Below, piece after piece: positions 58,756 to 64,000 of a stretch of 64,000 nt of DNA (positions are counted from its first letter, which is position 1; every line of letters begins with the position of its first letter). The stretch covers positions 292,866-356,865 of the IMG/VR virus record IMGVR_UViG_3300027759_004177. One strand, given 5' to 3'. The notes beneath the pieces were generated by a model. It was not told the origin of the DNA. It saw nothing but the letters and a program-made list of their open reading frames with translations, and made no database searches. Position numbers and translations under genes: made by a program.

Positions 58756-59704
58756 TTTTATTCCTTATGTTCTTAATGTAAAAACTTGCTACAAAAAATA
58801 TTACAAATGATGCCAGTGTTATCACAGTTGGTGTCAGCATATTTAGATTTTTACTCATGAAGTAAAAATAGTTTACAGCATTCATGGCCAGTACTGTGTA
58901 CAACATGGTTTCTTTACGTACCCATCCCAACAGTATGTTACCAAATGGAGCAAAAAACAACACCACCGGGGCAGCCGCCAGCCACATCAAATAAACATCC
59001 GGGTGTACAGCATCCAAAAACAAACCACGATAGGCAATGCCAAACACAGTGATCACAGCCATGAGCACAATGCTGATGTCTGTGCTGATCTTTTCCTTCA
59101 TGCCGTAGTAGCAGGTCAACGCAATGTAAATCAACATGTCACTGCCTGTGCCGAACATGGCAGAGGCACAACCACCTATGAATGAAAATATTGTAAAAGT
59201 AACAAATTGGGAACCTTTGAGTTCGACATCATCCACGGTGCCACGACCACGGCTGATCAAGTAGGCCACAATAAAGGCCAAGGCCAGACTCACAAACAAC
59301 ATCTGTACGGTTTTGAAAGCAACAGCACCGGCCACAGTGGTCATAAGCACAAAACCAATCATGTTTACGGCCGCATAGAACGGTATGTGTCTAAATGTTC
59401 GTAGATCATGTCCTTTGCGTGTCAAGATCCATATGGCCGCTGATACCATGCCAATGCTTTGTATAGCCAGACTAAAATCACGTGCCGCAGGCGGAGTAAT
59501 GTTAAAGTATAAACTCAAAATTGGAAATGCCACAGCACCGCCGCCTTCTGGGGTAAAGCCAGCCACTGCTGACCCAAACACCATCATTAACGCATACAGC
59601 CAGTGTGTTTCGTACAAGGCAAAACCCGGTCCGGTCAAGATCAGGTATAACCAAGTGGTCAATACTGCCACTGCCCACACGGGCCAAATCATCATTTTAT
59701 TCAT
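58742..59704 (-). CDS. TauE/SafE-like (sulfite exporter family) membrane protein
   Basis: Multiple transmembrane helices; GFTPEGGGAVAFP and the internal repeat SAMFGTGSD. Confidence 0.65.
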   Translation of the reverse strand: MNKMMIWPVWAVAVLTTWLYLILTGPGFALYETHWLYALMMVFGSAVAGFTPEGGGAVAFPILSLYFNITPPAARDFSLAIQSIGMVSAAIWILTRKGHDLRTFRHIPFYAAVNMIGFVLMTTVAGAVAFKTVQMLFVSLALAFIVAYLISRGRGTVDDVELKGSQFVTFTIFSFIGGCASAMFGTGSDMLIYIALTCYYGMKEKISTDISIVLMAVITVFGIAYRGLFLDAVHPDVYLMWLAAAPVVLFFAPFGNILLGWVRKETMLYTVLAMNAVNYFYFMSKNLNMLTPTVITLASFVIFFVASFYIKNIRNKNGNI

Positions 59705-60201
59705 TTTGCATCCTGTTCTGTTACTTCTACCCAGGTGTAATCACCCAACCACTTGACCTGGCAAATATATTCATAATCTGCAGGCGCACCTGTGGTCCAA
59801 TCATTTGGGCCCAAGTGGGTCAATCTAGTGCCTTGTTTGTTGTGTTCGTAAGCCAACCAATAGGTTTGGCCGTGATACACTTGGAACTCGTACTTGGCGG
59901 CATGTACCATGTCGGTAATATCTAATCGACGCTTGAGTTCTGCTGCTTGTTTTTGTAATACTGTTACCAATTCTGTAATACGGTTATATTCTTGTTGAGC
60001 ATACATACGGGCCACATTGACCATGATGTCTTTTTGCTTTTCAACAGGAATAAGATCAAACTTGGGTCCACCCGCTTCAGTGGGATACGTGCTTACGTTG
60101 CGATTAAAAAACGCAACTAAGGTATTGCCAACTGTGACGTCAAAACTCTCTCGTCCGTCGGTGACATTGGATTTTTTTTCAGTCACTGTTGTAGTTGCCA
60201 A
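59701..60201 (-). CDS. Hypothetical protein (DUF2452-like by recall)
   Basis: YPTEAGGPKF...KQAAELKRR...AKYEFQVYHGQTYWL. Confidence 0.5.
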   Translation of the reverse strand: MATTTVTEKKSNVTDGRESFDVTVGNTLVAFFNRNVSTYPTEAGGPKFDLIPVEKQKDIMVNVARMYAQQEYNRITELVTVLQKQAAELKRRLDITDMVHAAKYEFQVYHGQTYWLAYEHNKQGTRLTHLGPNDWTTGAPADYEYICQVKWLGDYTWVEVTEQDAK

Positions 60202-60407
60202 ATTAAGTGTTCCTGGGGAGCATGATATCTGTATTCAAACACAGGTTCACCGGGGCCGACCCAGACTGCTGTGCCACGATATGCATGTTGCAACCAGATT
60301 TGACGGTTAGTGAGTTCACATTGTTTCGGCCACCAGACAAATACGTAATCCCAGTCGGCTCGTGCATGAAACTGATCATAGTGGTCCATGCCCGGTATGG
60401 GAGCCAT
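60183..60407 (-). CDS. Hypothetical protein
   Basis: ATG at 60407 immediately follows the queE stop; 74 aa, Trp-rich. Confidence 0.55.
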   Translation of the reverse strand: MAPIPGMDHYDQFHARADWDYVFVWWPKQCELTNRQIWLQHAYRGTAVWVGPGEPVFEYRYHAPQEHLIWQLQQ

Positions 60408-60408
60408 A

Positions 60409-61269
60409 TTATTTGCCCCAGCCGTTGCCCCAGAGATCCACATGCAAGCGTGGGCTGTAGTTGAATCCCAGTTTGCAACAGATGTTGGCAATGTTTAGTT
60501 TGTTTGATTCGTATGGATCAACTACACCGCCCTGTGGCATCAAGTATACCACGCCTTTGAAACCGTCATGTCTAAATGCATCCACAGCACGTATGGCTTC
60601 TGTAACGTGATCTTCAGTTTCAACCACAAACTTGAGATAAGTGTGTCCGTAAGTTTGATAGATATTGACAATCTTGGGTTTGATAGCATCATCCCACGAC
60701 TCGCCTGACGCACTTAGTTTGGCACTGACACTGAATGTGACTTCACGTCCGGCTTTGTCACTGGCCCAGTCAATCAAGTAATCGCGGAAGTCTTCGTGTA
60801 GTTCTTGAGTACCGTTGGTTTCAAATGTGATATTCTTCAAGTCTGCCATGCGGTGATGACTCAACAGTTCTGCATAAGCACGTTGCCAACCTAGCAAAGG
60901 TTCACCGCCTGTAATAACCAAGTGAACATCATTGCCATTGTTTTGCATCCACATGTTATTAGGTGTCAGCGCCAACATCTTTTCCACAAGTTCTTCTGTG
61001 GTCAGTGTGTGACTCAGGTGTTTGTAGGCTGGATGCCACGATGCATAACTGTCACATCCTGTTTCTACCAATGGAAGATCGTTGAATGTTTTGTACAGTT
61101 CTACCTTTTTGGCCACGTCATCTGCACCTGTTGATTTTTCGCCAGGCTTGCAACCAAAACCTGAACAGGTAAAGTTACATCCGTATGTTCTTAAGAATAC
61201 GCTAGGTACTCCAACAAAGCGACCTTCGCCTTGTAAGCTATAAAATATTTCGCTGACTTTAATCTTCAT
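60409..61269 (-). CDS. queE: 7-carboxy-7-deazaguanine synthase (radical SAM)
   Basis: EIFYSLQGEG...VFLRTYGCNFTC...GCDS...ITGGEP...ETNGT...SAKL...KFVV...PRLHVDLWG; next to queD and folE. Confidence 0.88.
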   Translation of the reverse strand: MKIKVSEIFYSLQGEGRFVGVPSVFLRTYGCNFTCSGFGCKPGEKSTGADDVAKKVELYKTFNDLPLVETGCDSYASWHPAYKHLSHTLTTEELVEKMLALTPNNMWMQNNGNDVHLVITGGEPLLGWQRAYAELLSHHRMADLKNITFETNGTQELHEDFRDYLIDWASDKAGREVTFSVSAKLSASGESWDDAIKPKIVNIYQTYGHTYLKFVVETEDHVTEAIRAVDAFRHDGFKGVVYLMPQGGVVDPYESNKLNIANICCKLGFNYSPRLHVDLWGNGWGK

Positions 61270-61534
61270 ATATTGTTGACCATTGTGTTAATTTTTGACT
61301 CTTTCTCACTTGTGCCGCATGTAATTCTGCTTCTGTAAAAATATTGTGTGCCTTGAGTAATTCTACTAACAATGTAACATCGCCTAGTTCTTGTACCAAA
61401 TGTTCACGCTGGGTACCACCATCCTTGTAGCTATTGTCAATACCAAAGCGGCGAATCTTGCTGATAGCAACAATAACTTCAGCACACTCCTCTTGCAGTA
61501 TGTCTAAGATTTCGTTAACCTTCGTAGATTGCAC
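61259..61534 (-). CDS. MazG-like nucleotide pyrophosphohydrolase
   Basis: LQEECAEV...ISKIRRFG...LVQELGDV. GTG at 61534 has SD GGAG; the track gives 61570. Confidence 0.75.
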   Translation of the reverse strand: MQSTKVNEILDILQEECAEVIVAISKIRRFGIDNSYKDGGTQREHLVQELGDVTLLVELLKAHNIFTEAELHAAQVRKSQKLTQWSTIYED

Positions 61535-61964
61535 TATTGGCTCCGTGTTCGGCACACTCAACTCTAACACAATAACAACGATTATTAGTTTTTTCTCGAA
61601 TCAATTGATCTGCAAAATTAAAAGCGTGTTCAGCAAACTTTTCTGCACCTACTCCATCAAACATTCGGATCTCTACTAGGTCTAATGCTTGTAATTCTTC
61701 GAACTTGGCCAAGTGTGGATCTTGTCGATCCAGGGCCAACTTGTGATCAAAGTGATCTTCTAGCCAGGCTTTTAGTTCTTTAAGTCCTCCAAAGTCCACT
61801 GCCCAGTTCTTGTTGTCTAATTGGTCACAACCAAATGTAAATGTGAACGCTAGGCTGTAACCATGTAGCAGATGACAGTGACTGTGATCAGCATTGGGCT
61901 GTCTAAATACAGCACTCAATCCAATGTTGTGTCCGTAATGTTTTGTTGAGTAATACTTTGCCAT
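61515..61964 (-). CDS. queD: 6-carboxy-5,6,7,8-tetrahydropterin synthase
   Basis: SHCHLLHGY, VDFGGLK, FDHKL, AEKFAE, VECAEH; SD AGGAG. Confidence 0.9.
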   Translation of the reverse strand: MAKYYSTKHYGHNIGLSAVFRQPNADHSHCHLLHGYSLAFTFTFGCDQLDNKNWAVDFGGLKELKAWLEDHFDHKLALDRQDPHLAKFEELQALDLVEIRMFDGVGAEKFAEHAFNFADQLIREKTNNRCYCVRVECAEHGANSAIYEG

Positions 61965-61970
61965 TGATTT

Positions 61971-62035
61971 CTCCTATGTTAATTATAGCATAGGCGGCAG
62001 AATTTATCAAGCGGGAATGACGCCAAGACCGCTGT
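61971..62035 (-). ncRNA. Candidate cis-regulatory pseudoknot with anti-SD hairpin in the queD leader
   Basis: AGCGG/CCGCU stem with a 14-nt loop; loop GGCG can pair with downstream CGCC; CCUAUG/CAUAGG hairpin covers part of the SD. Confidence 0.4.
61982..62010 (-). promoter_or_regulatory. Sigma70-type promoter upstream of queD
   Basis: TTGATA (62010-62005), 17-nt spacer, TATAAT (61987-61982). Confidence 0.6.
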
Positions 62036-62052
62036 TTTGGGGATATAACTAT

Positions 62053-62598
62053 TTATCTCCACCATTCTTCCCAAGGAAAAACACACCATATGGGTTCTTC
62101 CAGTTTGTTTATTGACATGCCTGTATAGTCTACATCTTTAAAGTCACTGGCCTCGTTGTTGATCAACACAGCAAAACGAACATTGTTGCCCCATACTGTC
62201 TTCCAACGCTCGTGGTCTGGCAAGCAACCGCTTGTCCAATCTTCGCGAATCCAATTTAGGGTAGCACCTGTGTCATTGATATCATCCACAACCAGAATGT
62301 TTTTGGCGTTGATACTGTAATCAAAGTCGGCTAACAACCGTTCTTCTTTGGGCACATATCCAAATGCTTCTTCGGCCATCCACAAGTTGCTTTCTGGTCC
62401 ATGATCACTGTCACGTAAACTTACTTTCAGCGTTTCCATTGGAACTTCTAAATAATGACTCAGCATGGCAGCTGGTACTAGGCCGCCACGAGTAAGTCCC
62501 ACAATGTAGTCAGGCTTCCATCCATCTGCATTCATGGCACGAATGATATCGTGTACCCAAGCTCGAACTGTTGAATCTTTGTAATATACTTTGTTCAT
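62053..62598 (-). CDS. Type I phosphoribosyltransferase (purine-PRT-like)
   Basis: IVGLTRGGLVPA, PRPP-binding ILVVDDINDTGATL, WCVFPWE. Confidence 0.9.
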   Translation of the reverse strand: MNKVYYKDSTVRAWVHDIIRAMNADGWKPDYIVGLTRGGLVPAAMLSHYLEVPMETLKVSLRDSDHGPESNLWMAEEAFGYVPKEERLLADFDYSINAKNILVVDDINDTGATLNWIREDWTSGCLPDHERWKTVWGNNVRFAVLINNEASDFKDVDYTGMSINKLEEPIWCVFPWEEWWR

Positions 62599-62599
62599 T

Positions 62600-62770
62600 T
62601 TATCTTCTCGTGTTAATTCTTATACATTCGGCTAATTCTCGATCTGAATGCGATTTTGTAATACAGTTTCTAGCACTGGCATCAGCCAGCGGATCGTGAG
62701 TTTGATAATATACTGCCATGGCAAGTATGATAGCAAGTAGAATTGCAATAACGATGTCGCTCAATTTCAT
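62600..62770 (-). CDS. 56-aa protein with N-terminal transmembrane helix
   Basis: Translated by hand: MKLSDIVIAILLAIILAMAVYYQ...; SD AAGGA. Confidence 0.55.
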   Translation of the reverse strand: MKLSDIVIAILLAIILAMAVYYQTHDPLADASARNCITKSHSDRELAECIRINTRR

Positions 62771-62780
62771 TTGAATATCC

Positions 62781-63008
62781 TTATTTTTCTAAATTACGTA
62801 TACGCAAGCTAAGATCACGACCATCTGTGACCTGTCGATTTTCAAGTTGTGTTACCTTGCGTTGCAATCTAGAAATTCTAATGTGTGCATATACCAGCAC
62901 AGCAACCACAAGAGTAAATGTCAGTCCCCAACCGGCAACAATGCCGATCATCCAAGACCATAGGTCGGATATTTCTGTTACAACAGCCTGTAGACTTTGT
63001 GTAATCAT
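62781..63008 (-). CDS. Small membrane protein with coiled-coil C-terminus
   Basis: 75 aa; ATGA overlap with the upstream gene. Confidence 0.6.
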   Translation of the reverse strand: MITQSLQAVVTEISDLWSWMIGIVAGWGLTFTLVVAVLVYAHIRISRLQRKVTQLENRQVTDGRDLSLRIRNLEK

Positions 63009-63430
63009 GCAAATGCTTCCTCTTCTAAATAGCGTTTTAATTCTTTGTCCGTGGGTTCTACTGTGTAATTGTTCTTGAAGAAGATTTCGTAGCTGTCCGA
63101 ACCGTATTTTCCAATGCCATACAGTTTGTCAGCTTCATTGCCATCCCATTCCATGAAATCCAGACTCATCTGTGTGAGACGATCATAGCGACGATTTACC
63201 ATGCCCAGACTCCAGATCACATCACGCACCTCGTCCGGAGTGGCCTGCAGGAACGCATAAGGGGTTCTCCACTTGCTCCAAAATACAGGAGCCACAGTCT
63301 TTACGGGTTTACGGCCTGTTTGGTTCAACATTATGACCGCAACCATGTGTTGCCAGGCCGCATCGACACCCTCCAAGCCATCAGGCAACTGCTGTTGCAC
63401 CATGAGATCATCGCGGAGTGGCTGTATCAT
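63005..63430 (-). CDS. HhH-GPD (MBD4-like) DNA glycosylase
   Basis: WQHMVAVIMLNQT...LGMVNRR...LYGIGKYGSDSYEIF...PTDKELKRY. Confidence 0.8.
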   Translation of the reverse strand: MIQPLRDDLMVQQQLPDGLEGVDAAWQHMVAVIMLNQTGRKPVKTVAPVFWSKWRTPYAFLQATPDEVRDVIWSLGMVNRRYDRLTQMSLDFMEWDGNEADKLYGIGKYGSDSYEIFFKNNYTVEPTDKELKRYLEEEAFA

Positions 63431-64000
63431 CTTGGTGCAAACTCTTGTTGCAGTTTGATATTGTCCATGAACTCTTTCTTGGTGCCAGGATCATCTTTGA
63501 ACGCACCTTTGAGCACCGTGGTCTGAGTCAAACTTGAATGTGCCATGATACCACGATTTTCACAGCAACCATGTGTGGCCTGTATGTACACACCAATATT
63601 TTCGCTGTCGGTGGCCCGTGCTATTTCTCTGGCAATGTCGTTGGCCAGTTCTTCTTGTAGAGTACCGCGACGAGCACACCACTGAGCAATCCTAGTGTAC
63701 TTAGATAAGCCAATAAGTTTGTTGGCAGCAATGATACCAATATAAGCCACCCCAGATACAGGCTGGTGATGATGACTGCACATACTACGCAATTCACTTC
63801 TAACAACCAACATTCCTTCATATCGATCCTCACTATCGTTGGGGAAAGCAGTGGCATCGGGTCTGGGTTCATATCTACCTGCCATGATTTCGTTGAAATA
63901 CATCTTGGCCAAGCGTCGTGCTGTGCCACGACTGTTGGGATCTGTCGCACGATCAATCAACAAGGTGTCCAACACCTGTTCAAATGCTTTGGTAGCCTCG
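63427..64000 (-). CDS. folE: GTP cyclohydrolase I, 5'-truncated by the window
   Basis: TARRLAKMY, SMCSHHHQP, GLSKYTR, QEEL, HGCCENRG; frame open to the window edge. Confidence 0.95.
   Translation of the reverse strand, partial: EATKAFEQVLDTLLIDRATDPNSRGTARRLAKMYFNEIMAGRYEPRPDATAFPNDSEDRYEGMLVVRSELRSMCSHHHQPVSGVAYIGIIAANKLIGLSKYTRIAQWCARRGTLQEELANDIAREIARATDSENIGVYIQATHGCCENRGIMAHSSLTQTTVLKGAFKDDPGTKKEFMDNIKLQQEFAPR

Noticed and set aside
1-64000. Stop-codon reassignment, as in some large phages
   Set aside because: Genes are full length and tightly packed in the standard code, and TAA, TGA and TAG all terminate genes.
1-64000. CRISPR array, tRNA genes, diversity-generating retroelement, introns or inteins
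   Set aside because: No repeat-spacer array, cloverleaf, reverse transcriptase, template/variable repeat pair or intein motif seen by eye. Intergenic space is minimal. A tRNA scan was not run.

Overview
The window is 64 kb of a large lytic tailed-phage genome with T4-like features (baseplate and tail-fibre genes, late-promoter-like GATAAATA boxes, RNase H, ThyA/DHFR). It uses the standard genetic code and is cut by the window at both ends. I saw no integrase, tRNA, rRNA or CRISPR array. 1-17.7 kb (+): virion module with a >2996-aa baseplate-type protein, a small baseplate protein, three paralogous fibre proteins with different tips, a polyglycine adhesin-like protein and one more structural protein. 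17.8-42.9 kb (mostly +): a tightly overlapping modification-enzyme cluster with about 7 glycosyltransferase-like genes, 6 radical SAM genes (5 in tandem with an N-terminal Cys cluster), 5 SGNH-like genes, a carbamoyltransferase, a 2OG-Fe(II) oxygenase-like gene, an APS-kinase/nucleotidyltransferase fusion, a DegT aminotransferase, an NDP-sugar epimerase and an unannotated 33-aa basic peptide. 42.9-64 kb (-): thyA, dfr, a MoxR-type AAA+/vWA pair, small hypotheticals behind near-consensus sigma70 promoters, a self-contained four-gene operon (DGQHR, HNH-like, PD-(D/E)XK-like, ABC-ATPase-GNAT), RNase H, a TauE-like transporter, and a 7-deazaguanine cluster (folE, queD, queE) interleaved with an MBD4-like glycosylase, a phosphoribosyltransferase and a MazG-like pyrophosphatase. 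The best leads for undescribed biology are the four-gene operon, the radical SAM/glycosyltransferase cluster, the deazaguanine cluster with PRTase and MazG, a pseudoknot/anti-SD element in the queD leader, and a pseudoknotted intergenic RNA candidate at 50.7 kb. All family assignments come from motif recognition by eye; no database searches were run.
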